A stretch of DNA of 64,000 bases, from NCBI GenBank assembly GCA_040772685.1, contig JAXGXQ010000001.1:321930-385929 (forward strand). Direction: 5' to 3'. The position numbers were made by a program, and so were the translations under genes. The notes under the pieces are model-generated. The model was not told the DNA's origin. It saw only the letters and a list, made by a program, of their open reading frames with translations, and ran no database searches. Origin of the DNA: Clostridia bacterium (GTDB lineage Bacteria > Bacillota > Clostridia > Saccharofermentanales > UBA5734). Positions 34,976 to 44,410 of the stretch are shown here, one piece after another; positions within the stretch are counted from its first letter, which is position 1, and every line of letters begins with the position of its first letter.

Positions 34976-36070
34976 ATGACGGCATTCGGCCAGGAAAAAC
35001 AAGCAGCGAACGAAAATGCTGATATTGCGGCAAAAGATAATTATATACCGGCTGAACAGCCGAGCAACAGCTTTCCCCTGCTCGAACGGTTTCTTGGATA
35101 TTTTCAGGCCGTGCTTGAACGCTCGCCGCTGACTATACGTGAGTACCGTTATGACTTAACCTTATTCTTTCGCTGGTTGAAAACACGGCGCGGTTTAGTT
35201 GCCAATAAAATAAAATTTAAAGAAATTCCGCTGGCGGATGTTGATATTGAACTGATCCGTTCAGTAGATCTGACAGATCTCTATGAGTACATGACCTGGC
35301 TGAGCCGTGAACGCAAGCTGCAGCCGGCGACAAGGGCTCGAAAAGTATCTTCACTGCGTTCCTTCTTCCACTTTCTGCGCACTAAGGATCAGCTGTTGAC
35401 CGAAAATGTCGTGGACGCGCTTGATCTGCCGCGTCAGGTAAAGCGCCTGCCGCGCTATTTAAATGTTGAAGAAAGCCGTCAGCTGTTGAACGCTGCTGCT
35501 TCCGCAACCTACGAATACGCGGAACGTGATTACTGCATCTTGACCTTGTTTCTCAACTGCGGTCTGCGTCTGGCCGAACTTTGCAGCATCAACATGCGCA
35601 GCATTCGTGACGAAAAACTGACTGTCATCGGCAAAGGCCGTAAAGAACGGACTGTTTACCTGAATGGTGCCTGCCTCAACGCTTTGGATGCTTATCTGGC
35701 GGTGCGGCCGCGCACCGCCAAGACAGACCCGGAAGCTTTGTTTGTCAGCCGCCTGGGCCGGCGGATCAGCCCGAAAACAGTGCAGTATCTGATCAAACGC
35801 TACATTACCCAAGCCGGGCTCGACCCCAAACGCTATTCAACGCATAAATTGCGCCATACGGCTGCAACCCTTATGTACCAGCATGGTCAGGTGGATATCA
35901 GGGCGCTCCAGCAGATTCTGGGGCATGTCAGTATTGCGACAACCGAAATTTACACACATATTGATGACCGGAGGCTGCATCAGGCTGTCGAAAGCAATCC
36001 GCTGGCAGCTGAGCGTTTACCCAGACCACCAGCGGATACTGACAAAACAAGTATTGAAGAACAGAATTAG
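34976..36070 (+). CDS. Tyrosine recombinase, XerC/XerD family
   Basis: Catalytic signature ARxxG...HKLRHTAAT...LGHVSIATTEIYTH, with an N-terminal SAM-like domain. AGGAGGA lies upstream. Confidence 0.85.
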   Translation: MTAFGQEKQAANENADIAAKDNYIPAEQPSNSFPLLERFLGYFQAVLERSPLTIREYRYDLTLFFRWLKTRRGLVANKIKFKEIPLADVDIELIRSVDLTDLYEYMTWLSRERKLQPATRARKVSSLRSFFHFLRTKDQLLTENVVDALDLPRQVKRLPRYLNVEESRQLLNAAASATYEYAERDYCILTLFLNCGLRLAELCSINMRSIRDEKLTVIGKGRKERTVYLNGACLNALDAYLAVRPRTAKTDPEALFVSRLGRRISPKTVQYLIKRYITQAGLDPKRYSTHKLRHTAATLMYQHGQVDIRALQQILGHVSIATTEIYTHIDDRRLHQAVESNPLAAERLPRPPADTDKTSIEEQN

Positions 36071-36135
36071 GTCAAATATAAGATATTTTATTTAATGTTT
36101 CTTTTGATAAATGTTTTCTTGCTTAATGCTTATTC

Positions 36136-37644
36136 TTACTTGATGTTTTCAAAAAAGGCTTTATAGGCAAGATAAGTATAATATACGTCGATCTTGCTGG
36201 TGATTTCAAAAGGCGAATGCATCGAAAGCACTGGCACGCCGCAATCAATCACTTCCATCCCGAGGTTTGCCAGGTATTTGGCGATTGTGCCGCCGCCGCC
36301 CTGATCAACTTTACCCATTTCACCTGTTTGCCAGGCAACGTTATTTTGCTCGAAAGCACGGACTACTTCAGCAAAGAATTCGCTGTTGGCGTCGCTGGTT
36401 CCGCTTTTGCCGCGTGAACCGACATATTTGGCCAGGCAGATGCCCTTGCCCATGTAGCTGTTGTTTTTCGGGTCTGAGACAGAAGCATAATTGGGGTCAA
36501 AAGCGTTAGTGACATCAGCTGAAAGCAGCTTGCTGTTTTCCAGCATCAGCTGGTGGTCAAGAGGTTCGCGGCCGCCGCCTGATTTTACCAGCAGCTCATG
36601 CATAAAATTCTCATACAAGCGGGATTGGGCGCCGGTATTGCCTTCGCTGCCAATTTCTTCCTTATCAAACAACAGGCAGATAGACGTGCGCTCCGGTGCC
36701 TCCAAGTCACAAGTGGCTGCCAGTGCAGTAAAGGCACAAACTCTGTCATCCTGGGCATAGGCTCCGATCATGCTGGCGTCAAGCCCGACATCGCGTGCCG
36801 GATAAGCCGGTACAATTTCCAGCTCTGCGGTAACCAGATCCTTCTCAACGATGCCGTAGCGCTCGTTCAGCAGCTGCAGAATTGCCAGCTTAAAGCGGCC
36901 GCTCGCTTCGGGGTCGGGATACGGCAGGCTGCCGATCAATACATTGAGATCCTCGCCTTTGATAACCTCATTTGCCTTGCGGCTCATCTGCTCTTGACCA
37001 AGGTGCGGCAAAAGGTCGGTAATTGTCAGCACTGGGTCGTCAGCATTCTCGCCTACTGTGATCGTAACGGAAGAACCGTCCTTCAATACGACTACGCCAT
37101 GTATGGCAAGAGGAATAGCTGCCCACTGGTACTTTTTAATACCGCCATAATAATGGGTTTTAAGGAATACCATGTCATTTTCTTCGTAGACAGGTATGGG
37201 CTTAAGGTCGAGCCTCGGGGCATCGATATGGGCGCCAACCAGATTGAGACCTTCAGTCAGCGGTTTGTTGCCAACAACAGCTGTGACAACACCTTTGCCG
37301 CGAATGTTTTTGTAGACTTTGTCGCCGGGCTTGACTTGTTCCATCTCGTCAATCGCTTTGTAGCCAAGGCTTTCAACCGCTTCTATGACAGTAATTACTG
37401 CTTCGCGCTCTGTCTTGGCGATATCGAGGAATTTCTTGTATTCCTCAGCGAAATCATAGGCAGCAATGCGATCGTCTTCACTGCAGATGTCCCAGATATT
37501 TTTAAACTCCACTGAAAGCTTTTCCTTCAGTGCTTTGGTTTTTTCCTGTTGTTCCTTCTTGGCTTCTTCTGAAGTATTTTGTTTTGTGGCATTTGCCTTA
37601 TCGTCCGGATGTTGCCCGGCATTTGTGAAATATAGTTTTGTCAT
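36136..37644 (-). CDS. M18-family aminopeptidase
   Basis: Motif GAHIDAPRLDLKP, a 502-aa length and a conserved C-terminal MHSP...E region typical of M18 (aminopeptidase I type). Confidence 0.8.
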   Translation of the reverse strand: MTKLYFTNAGQHPDDKANATKQNTSEEAKKEQQEKTKALKEKLSVEFKNIWDICSEDDRIAAYDFAEEYKKFLDIAKTEREAVITVIEAVESLGYKAIDEMEQVKPGDKVYKNIRGKGVVTAVVGNKPLTEGLNLVGAHIDAPRLDLKPIPVYEENDMVFLKTHYYGGIKKYQWAAIPLAIHGVVVLKDGSSVTITVGENADDPVLTITDLLPHLGQEQMSRKANEVIKGEDLNVLIGSLPYPDPEASGRFKLAILQLLNERYGIVEKDLVTAELEIVPAYPARDVGLDASMIGAYAQDDRVCAFTALAATCDLEAPERTSICLLFDKEEIGSEGNTGAQSRLYENFMHELLVKSGGGREPLDHQLMLENSKLLSADVTNAFDPNYASVSDPKNNSYMGKGICLAKYVGSRGKSGTSDANSEFFAEVVRAFEQNNVAWQTGEMGKVDQGGGGTIAKYLANLGMEVIDCGVPVLSMHSPFEITSKIDVYYTYLAYKAFFENIK

Positions 37645-37914
37645 ATTTTCCTCCTGAATTTTTTTTACAGACTAAAATTTGGTATTGCGTTTTTTAGCCA
37701 AAGCCAGCCGGTTGGCTGAACACGCTTATCACAATATTATAGCAAATACTGTTAGAGCAAACGATAATTTATTAAGGGTCTATGTTCAGCCTCGGTAACC
37801 AGGCAAACGACAATCGCCGGTCAATAGGCTATAATAATTTCTGCTTGCGAAATTTAGCAGCGCTGGCAGGATGTTATTCAGATTGATTTGCCAGCCTGAT
37901 TGAAAGGACTAATT

Positions 37915-38868
37915 ATGAACCATTCGGGACGCCGATTTGTAGATACCCACACCCACCATCAACCATTTTCACGCGACGCGGGCCAACGCCTGGCGGAATT
38001 GCTGCAATCCGCAGCTGATTCCGGCCTTGCCGGTGTCATGTTCAGCGACCATTATGACATTGATACTGTACCACCCGGCAAACCTCAGGATATATTCGAT
38101 TTAGATGAGGCTTATCGCGAATGGCAGGAAGAAGCTCTGCCTGCAGGCGAACAACTGGGGATAAAGACTTATTTTGGCATTGAAATCGGCTACCAGCCGC
38201 ATTTGCTTGAGCAATGTCTCGAACTGGCCGCTTCTGACCTTTTTGATGGCGTGATTCTCTCGATTCACATGATAAATCGCCTCGACCCGTTTTTTGACGT
38301 CGAGTTTTATGAATCGGGCAAAATCCCGACCTATGCGCGCTATCTGGATAGCTTGTCAGAAATTGTCGCTGCTGTGCCGGGATATGCTATTGCCGGCCAT
38401 TACGATTACATGGTGCGTTATGCCCCGTATGAGGATCCGGAAATTTACTATGAAGAAATGCCCAAAGAGTTTGACGGTTTTTTTCAAACTCTGATTGAAA
38501 ACAAGAAGTGCTGGGAAATAAATATCCGCTCACATTACCGCCGCCGGCGCGGCAAACTGGCCGGTTCCGGTATTCAGGGGCAACATCAGGCTCTTTACAC
38601 ACCTGATCCGCTGCTGCTAGAGCCTCGCTTTCAAGTCGCTGGCTACTATTTCCCTGACCCGCGTCTGGTCCGGCGCTACCTGGAATTGGGCGGCAAAATG
38701 GTATCGCTTGCCTCGGACGCACACAGCGGAGAGGCAGGCAACGGTTTTCCGCTGATCGCAGAGTATCTGGCAGCTTGTGGACTAAAAGAGATAACTCATT
38801 TCGAAAAAGGACAGCCTGTATTTACGCCGCTGATCACGCCGCCTAAGGCGATGACTCCTTCTTCATAA
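37915..38868 (+). CDS. PHP-domain phosphoesterase, HisJ-like histidinol phosphatase family
   Basis: N-terminal FVDTHTHH and later His/Asp motifs (SIHM, GHYDY, SDAHS). The start is uncertain: ATG at 37915 or TTG at 37900. Confidence 0.65.
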   Translation: MNHSGRRFVDTHTHHQPFSRDAGQRLAELLQSAADSGLAGVMFSDHYDIDTVPPGKPQDIFDLDEAYREWQEEALPAGEQLGIKTYFGIEIGYQPHLLEQCLELAASDLFDGVILSIHMINRLDPFFDVEFYESGKIPTYARYLDSLSEIVAAVPGYAIAGHYDYMVRYAPYEDPEIYYEEMPKEFDGFFQTLIENKKCWEINIRSHYRRRRGKLAGSGIQGQHQALYTPDPLLLEPRFQVAGYYFPDPRLVRRYLELGGKMVSLASDAHSGEAGNGFPLIAEYLAACGLKEITHFEKGQPVFTPLITPPKAMTPSS

Positions 38869-39917
38869 AACACAGCTGATTGACCCGGAGCCGGTGCATG
38901 CACCGGCTTTTCCAACTCAACGGCATAACGGCCTTTGCCTAAAGCGCGGACGTAACCTGGTGAAGAAGCAGGAGTGTTACGGATTCTGCAATCAAGTTTT
39001 AATTCAGGCTCGGTTTCTGCGATTCCCATAAAAGCCACATTATCGATTTCGAAGTAAGTGCGGGCGGCTTCTTCCCTGCCGCCAACCAGCAATGCCCGGC
39101 GTTGCGGATCACGTCCCAGAGTGTACAGACGTTCAATACTGCTGGTTTCGATCCCGCGCCGCTGACCCGGCGTGAAACGAATTAAACCGGCATGGCGCCC
39201 GATTTCCTTGCCAGTACGACAGTCAATCACCGGCCCGGGCAGACTTAGCTCCTTCAAAGCTGTTTGCCACTGTGGATGCCGGCGCGAATATTGCTCCAGA
39301 AAATCTACATAATCGCTTTGAATAAAGCAGACGTCCTGGCTGTCCGGCAAATCAGCTGTAGCTGCTTCGCCTGCGGTTTGCAGACCGGCTTCCCGCGCCA
39401 GTTCACGTACGCTGGGCTTTTGATACCCGGAAAGCGGCAGCAATAAGCGCTCCAGTTGTTCTTGTGTAAGCCGGTAAAGGAAGTAACTTTGATCTTTTTG
39501 GCCTGCAGGACTGCGGGCTAAGGCTAAACGTCCGCTGCGCGGGTGTTTCTGCACGCGGACATAATGACCGGTGGCCATAAATGGCGCGTTCAGTTCATTG
39601 GCCAGCTCCAGGATGCGGCTGAATTTTAATTCTGGATTGCAAAACAGGCAAGGATTGGGAGTACGGCCATTAAGATATTCGCTGACGAATGGTTCCACAA
39701 CAGTCGCAGCAAATCGCTGACGTTCGTCCAGCACATGATGCGGAATTTTTAACTGCGCACAAACCGCAGCAGCATCAGCAACCGCCTTATCCGCGTGATC
39801 GTGCATAATAAGTGTCGCGCCGATAACTTCATATCCATCGCGCAATAAAAGCCAGGCGGCGACACTGCTGTCAACACCGCCTGATATTGCTACTATTACT
39901 TTTTTATTATCGTTCAT
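38796..39917 (-). CDS. mnmA: tRNA 2-thiouridine(34) synthase
   Basis: PP-loop VAISGGVDSSVAAWLL and catalytic Cys contexts (NPCLFCN, DVCF). ATG at 39917. Confidence 0.95.
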   Translation of the reverse strand: MNDNKKVIVAISGGVDSSVAAWLLLRDGYEVIGATLIMHDHADKAVADAAAVCAQLKIPHHVLDERQRFAATVVEPFVSEYLNGRTPNPCLFCNPELKFSRILELANELNAPFMATGHYVRVQKHPRSGRLALARSPAGQKDQSYFLYRLTQEQLERLLLPLSGYQKPSVRELAREAGLQTAGEAATADLPDSQDVCFIQSDYVDFLEQYSRRHPQWQTALKELSLPGPVIDCRTGKEIGRHAGLIRFTPGQRRGIETSSIERLYTLGRDPQRRALLVGGREEAARTYFEIDNVAFMGIAETEPELKLDCRIRNTPASSPGYVRALGKGRYAVELEKPVHAPAPGQSAVFYEEGVIALGGVISGVNTGCPFSK

Positions 39918-39921
39918 TATT

Positions 39922-40356
39922 TCAGGTATGGCCGTGTTCGTCTTCGTCCAGCATGTCAAAGTAATGCCGGTTTTCGTCTGTCAGCTTGTTGTTTTTTTCG
40001 TAATATTCTTTGATAGCGGCTTTTACAGCTTGCTCAGCCAATAGTGAGCAATGCATTTTAATCGGCGGCAGGCCATCCAGGGCTTCGGCGACAGCTTTAT
40101 TAGTAAGCTCCAGCGCTTCTTCAACTGTTTTACCTTTAATCATTTCGGTTGCCATGCTGCTGGTTGCAATTGCTGAGCCACAGCCAAACGTTTTGAATTT
40201 AGCATCGACGATCACGTTATCTTCAATTTTCAGGTAGACTTTCATGATATCGCCGCATTTGGCGTTACCGACCATGCCAGTGGCTGAAGCATCTTCAATT
40301 TCACCCACATTGCGCGGATTCATGAAATGATCCATTACCTTATCACTATATTGCAT
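39922..40356 (-). CDS. iscU: Fe-S cluster assembly scaffold IscU/NifU
   Basis: Motifs GNAKCGDIM, FGCGSAIA and KMHCSLLA. Confidence 0.95.
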   Translation of the reverse strand: MQYSDKVMDHFMNPRNVGEIEDASATGMVGNAKCGDIMKVYLKIEDNVIVDAKFKTFGCGSAIATSSMATEMIKGKTVEEALELTNKAVAEALDGLPPIKMHCSLLAEQAVKAAIKEYYEKNNKLTDENRHYFDMLDEDEHGHT

Positions 40357-40453
40357 CTTAATATTCTCCTATCGTTTAATTCGCTGCTTCCTGAAAAGCT
40401 CCAGCAGGCTGATGAATGTTTGCTGTTGATCAACTGTCGGCAACAGCCGGTAA

Positions 40454-41653
40454 TTAGTCTTCCACAGGGCAAGCCCGCAGTTTATCAGGTTCGTAGAGCG
40501 GCGACATCTGGCGCAGACGGTCCACTATCCCCACCAGTGCATCCACCAAACGCGGCACGTCTTCAACTGTATTGCTTTTGCCGAAGGTTACACGCAGCGA
40601 GCCATGAGCAATTTCATGAGGCAAGCCAATGGCCAACAGCACATGGGAAGGATCAAGTGAGCCCGATGTACAGGCAGAGCCGCTTGAACATTCAAACCCT
40701 AAATGGTCCAGCATCAGTAAAATCGATTCGCCTTCAATGAATTCAAAGGAGAAATTAGCGTTATTGGGAAGCCTTTGGGTTGGATGGCCGTTAAGGCGGG
40801 TAAAAGGAATGCGTTCCAGCACACTGTCAATCAGCGCGTCACGCATACCGCTCAGCTGACAGGCGTTGGTTTCAATTTCCGCTGTGGCCAGCTCGAAGGC
40901 TTTGGCCATGCCAACTATCGAAGGCATATTCTCGGTGCCGGCTCTGCGGTTACGTTCCTGACTGCCGCCATCGATCAGATTATCGATGCGCACACCGGTA
41001 CGAATGTAAAGAAAGCCAACACCCTTAGGTGAGTAAAACTTATGCCCGGAAAAGGACATCATGTCAACATTTAATTCCGAAACATTAATTGGAATTGCGC
41101 CTGCTGCCTGAACTGCATCGGTATGAAACAAGACCTTTGCTTCCCTGCAGATTTTGCCAATTTCAGCAATTGGCTGAATAGTACCAATTTCATTATTGGC
41201 CATGATGATAGAGACAAGAGTGGTATCAGGGCGAATTGCTGCCCGCACTGCTTCCGGATCAACCAGCCCGAAATTGTCAACCGGCAGAATCGTAATCTCA
41301 TAGCCCTGGCGCTGTAATGCTTCCATGCTATGCAAAACCGCGTGATGTTCAATTGAGGTAGTTATTAAATGACGGCCTTTAGCCGCGTAGCGGGATGCTG
41401 TTCCTTTAATGGCCCAGTTATCCGCTTCGGAGCCACCGGAAGTAAAAAATATTTCCGTTGGTTTGGCGCCGATGCAGGCCGCGATTGTGGCGCGGGCTTC
41501 GTCAAGCCGGCGTTTTGCTAATTGTCCGGTCTGGTAAAAAGACGACGGGTTGCCGTAAATTTCGGTAAATATCGGCTGCATTGCTGCCAGTACTTCCGGA
41601 CGCACCGGAGTAGTTGCAGCATGGTCTAGATATGTTCTGCGGGGCTGGATCAT
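40454..41653 (-). CDS. nifS: Cysteine desulfurase, NifS/IscS type
   Basis: PLP Lys in SFSGHKFYSPKG and active-site Cys in SSGSACTSG. It lies upstream of iscU-mnmA. Confidence 0.9.
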   Translation of the reverse strand: MIQPRRTYLDHAATTPVRPEVLAAMQPIFTEIYGNPSSFYQTGQLAKRRLDEARATIAACIGAKPTEIFFTSGGSEADNWAIKGTASRYAAKGRHLITTSIEHHAVLHSMEALQRQGYEITILPVDNFGLVDPEAVRAAIRPDTTLVSIIMANNEIGTIQPIAEIGKICREAKVLFHTDAVQAAGAIPINVSELNVDMMSFSGHKFYSPKGVGFLYIRTGVRIDNLIDGGSQERNRRAGTENMPSIVGMAKAFELATAEIETNACQLSGMRDALIDSVLERIPFTRLNGHPTQRLPNNANFSFEFIEGESILLMLDHLGFECSSGSACTSGSLDPSHVLLAIGLPHEIAHGSLRVTFGKSNTVEDVPRLVDALVGIVDRLRQMSPLYEPDKLRACPVED

Positions 41654-41802
41654 GTTCGCCTCCTTGGTGACACGTTTGTTACCAGGTAATACTTTAGGTT
41701 GAAGACCATTAAAGTTTAGTAACGTCAGTTACAAGTAAACTAATTCCTAGTAATTCTATAGTATTAATATATCACAATCATTATTGCTGATCAAACAGTA
41801 AT

Positions 41803-43077
41803 TTAACTCAGAGACTGATCGGCCTGCAAATACGGTAAAGTGCTGCCGGCGTGAGACATAATAATTACCCCGGCTTCAGGTCCGGCTTTTGCGAAAGCGT
41901 CTGTAATTGCCTGCTGCAGGTCACTATACGGTTTCATAAAAGTCTGCTTCGCCTTAGCCTCTGGCATATCGGAAACAAAGTAAACATCAGACTTTTCAAG
42001 CACCATGGCAATTGCCGCGGCTTTGTGCCCGCCTAAGCGGAATTCAGTGCGCACGCGCTTGATCAGATCTGTTGGCTGATCGGCTGCCAGCAGCCATTCC
42101 TCAAAGACATGTTCACCGAAGCATTCCGGGCATTGGCCTGCCAGGATAATGATACCGCCGGTCTTAACAGCATGTTTGGCGTTATCCAGTGCCTTCTGGG
42201 TCTGGTAAAGGTTAATGTCTTTTGGATAACCGCCTGGCGTGGCAATTACTATATCAGCCAGACGCGGCAGCGGCACTTTATACATTTCATCTAGGAAAGC
42301 GCAGCCGACACGGTGGGCTGCCCGGTGATCACCCGCAACAGCCTTTATCACCTTTTTATCTTCATTGAGAACTACATTAAGAATGAAATCACAACCGCAG
42401 ATGTCAACAGCTTCTTCGATATCCAGCCGGACATTATTGCCTTCAATCGCACCTGCAAGCGAGGTTTCTTCTACCATGCGGGCATGATTAGCCTGGATCG
42501 CGTCCCGGTTCGAAACACCCGGCATGATCGCCTTGCCGCCGCCACTGTAACCGGCAAAATAATGAAATTCAATATTCCCGACACAAATCCGACGGTCTGC
42601 CTGGGCAACAGGACTGAAAATATCGATCGGTGTGCCGCGGCTGGTGATACCGAGATTTACAGTGTCTTCAGGATCACTGTCGATGGTATGCACCCGGTTG
42701 AAGATATCCTCCCCCACCAGACGCATCATTTCCTCTTCGGTATGCCGGCGATGGCTGCCGAGCGCGAAGACCACGGTAATGTCTTCGTCGCGTATTCCGG
42801 CTTGATTCAGGGTGTCTACCAGAGGCGGCAGGATTACCTGCGAAGGGCAGGGACGCGTAATATCGCTGGTGATTATAACTACAGATTCACGCGGTTGGAC
42901 AATTTCAGCTAAAGTAGGCGTACCGATTGGCTCGGCCAGCGCCCGCCGGATCTCCTGCTCCTCATTTATTTCTAGTGCAGGCTCCGCAGCCTTCACGTCA
43001 AGAATCAGGTTTTTTTCATCTATTTGAAATGAGCGGGTGGTTTTGCCATAACCGATGGTAAATGTTTGTCGGGACAT
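41803..43077 (-). CDS. LarA-family (nickel-pincer cofactor dependent) 2-hydroxyacid racemase/epimerase homologue
   Basis: Motifs DITRPCP, ALGSHRRHT and FHYFAGYSGGGKAIMPG, the last matching the Lys-tether context of L. plantarum LarA. Length 424 aa. Confidence 0.8.
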   Translation of the reverse strand: MSRQTFTIGYGKTTRSFQIDEKNLILDVKAAEPALEINEEQEIRRALAEPIGTPTLAEIVQPRESVVIITSDITRPCPSQVILPPLVDTLNQAGIRDEDITVVFALGSHRRHTEEEMMRLVGEDIFNRVHTIDSDPEDTVNLGITSRGTPIDIFSPVAQADRRICVGNIEFHYFAGYSGGGKAIMPGVSNRDAIQANHARMVEETSLAGAIEGNNVRLDIEEAVDICGCDFILNVVLNEDKKVIKAVAGDHRAAHRVGCAFLDEMYKVPLPRLADIVIATPGGYPKDINLYQTQKALDNAKHAVKTGGIIILAGQCPECFGEHVFEEWLLAADQPTDLIKRVRTEFRLGGHKAAAIAMVLEKSDVYFVSDMPEAKAKQTFMKPYSDLQQAITDAFAKAGPEAGVIIMSHAGSTLPYLQADQSLS

Positions 43078-43078
43078 T

Positions 43079-44377
43079 TCAGGTGGTCCTCCTCTTTTTC
43101 AGCCAATCGTGTACTTTTTGTTCATAACCATTGTTGCTCGGCTCATAATAAATTGTACCGCGGATTTCTTCAGGCAGGTATTCCTGATCAACAATATTGC
43201 CAGGATAACTGTGGGCATATTTATAACCCACACCGTATCCAAGCTGTTCCATTCCTTTAACCGGCGCGTTGCGCAGATGATATGGTACTTCACCGGTGCG
43301 GCGGTTGGCGACGTCAGCCAAGGCTTTATCAATTGCCGAATATGCGGAGTTGGATTTCGGACTGGTGGCAACTGCAATGGCGGCTTCCGCAAGCAAAATC
43401 CTGGCTTCAGGCATTCCGACAGCCATAATGCCCTGATAAGCGGCCATTGCAATTGAAAGCATCTGGGGATTGGCCATGCCTACATCTTCAGCCGCGCAGA
43501 TCAGAATCCGGCGGGCGAGGAATTCAATATCCTCACCTCCGTGTAAAGCTCTGGCCAGATAAAACACGGCAGCATCCGGATCGCTGCCACGCATTGACTT
43601 GATAAAAGCACTGATATTGTCGTAATGGCTTTCGCCGGTGGCGTCATAAGCAATACTGCGCTTCTGCATACTGTCTTCGACTGTGGGAACATCGATCACA
43701 ATATTGCCGTCTTTGTCTGGCGCTGTTGTGATTGTCGCGAGCTCAAGAGCGTTGAACGCGATACGGGCGTCGCCATTGGCACGGTCAGCGATCATGTGCA
43801 GCGCATCGTCACTGATTTGTACCGGATATTTACCAAAACCGCGTTCTTCGTCTTTTAAGGCCGCTTGCAGCAAACGTAAAATATCCGCAACCGAAAGTGG
43901 CTGCAGTTGAAAAACAGTAGAACGTGAAATCAGTGCTTTGTTTACTTCAAAAAAAGGATTCTCAGTAGTGGCGCCAATCAGGATAAGGGTGCCGTCTTCA
44001 ACCTGTGGCAGCAGAGCGTCCTGCTGGGTTTTGTTGAAACGATGGATCTCGTCAATGAACAACACGGTGCGGCCGGAGGGGGTCAGGATCGGATTCTGGG
44101 TATCAGCAATAACCCGCTTGATATCGGCGATACCAGCGGTTACTGCGTTAATCCGGGTAAAGTTGGATTTAGTTCTGGCTGCTATAACCCTGGCAAGCGA
44201 TGTCTTACCGGTTCCCGGAGGACCGTAGAGAATTATCGAACTCAGACGGTCAGCCAGAATCATGCGTCGCAGAAGCTTATTCGGACCGAGGATATGTTCC
44301 TGGCCAACAAACTCGTCGAGTGTGCGCGGCGACATCCGGTAAGCCAACGGCTTAGCCTGCTCGGGTATGGTGTTCAA
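43079..44377 (-). CDS. rarA: Replication-associated recombination protein A
   Basis: Walker A GPPGTGKTS, Walker B LFIDEIHRFNK, and a MgsA C-terminal domain. Confidence 0.95.
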   Translation of the reverse strand: MNTIPEQAKPLAYRMSPRTLDEFVGQEHILGPNKLLRRMILADRLSSIILYGPPGTGKTSLARVIAARTKSNFTRINAVTAGIADIKRVIADTQNPILTPSGRTVLFIDEIHRFNKTQQDALLPQVEDGTLILIGATTENPFFEVNKALISRSTVFQLQPLSVADILRLLQAALKDEERGFGKYPVQISDDALHMIADRANGDARIAFNALELATITTAPDKDGNIVIDVPTVEDSMQKRSIAYDATGESHYDNISAFIKSMRGSDPDAAVFYLARALHGGEDIEFLARRILICAAEDVGMANPQMLSIAMAAYQGIMAVGMPEARILLAEAAIAVATSPKSNSAYSAIDKALADVANRRTGEVPYHLRNAPVKGMEQLGYGVGYKYAHSYPGNIVDQEYLPEEIRGTIYYEPSNNGYEQKVHDWLKKRRTT

Positions 44378-44410
44378 TTCGTCCCCCCTGCTGTTAGGTT
44401 GCGCTGTACT

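Noticed and set aside
34976-36070. The Xer-like tyrosine recombinase as a marker of an integrated mobile element or prophage.
   Set aside because: It is flanked by housekeeping genes (asd, M18 aminopeptidase). I saw no flanking direct repeats, no tRNA target, no phage or conjugation genes and no compositional break. A chromosomal Xer-type recombinase is more likely.
36598-37515. A 305-aa + strand ORF lying entirely inside, and antisense to, the M18 aminopeptidase gene.
   Set aside because: It has no Shine-Dalgarno sequence and translates to low-complexity, non-protein-like sequence. The opposite strand carries clear family motifs. Long stop-free antisense frames are an expected by-product of codon bias.
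41654-41802. Palindromes GTAACTGACGTTAC and GGTAAC-N6-GTCACC upstream of nifS, considered as an IscR/Rrf2 operator.
   Set aside because: No Rrf2-family regulator gene is adjacent, the arms are short (chance-level), and there is no match to the IscR type 1 or type 2 consensus that I can verify.
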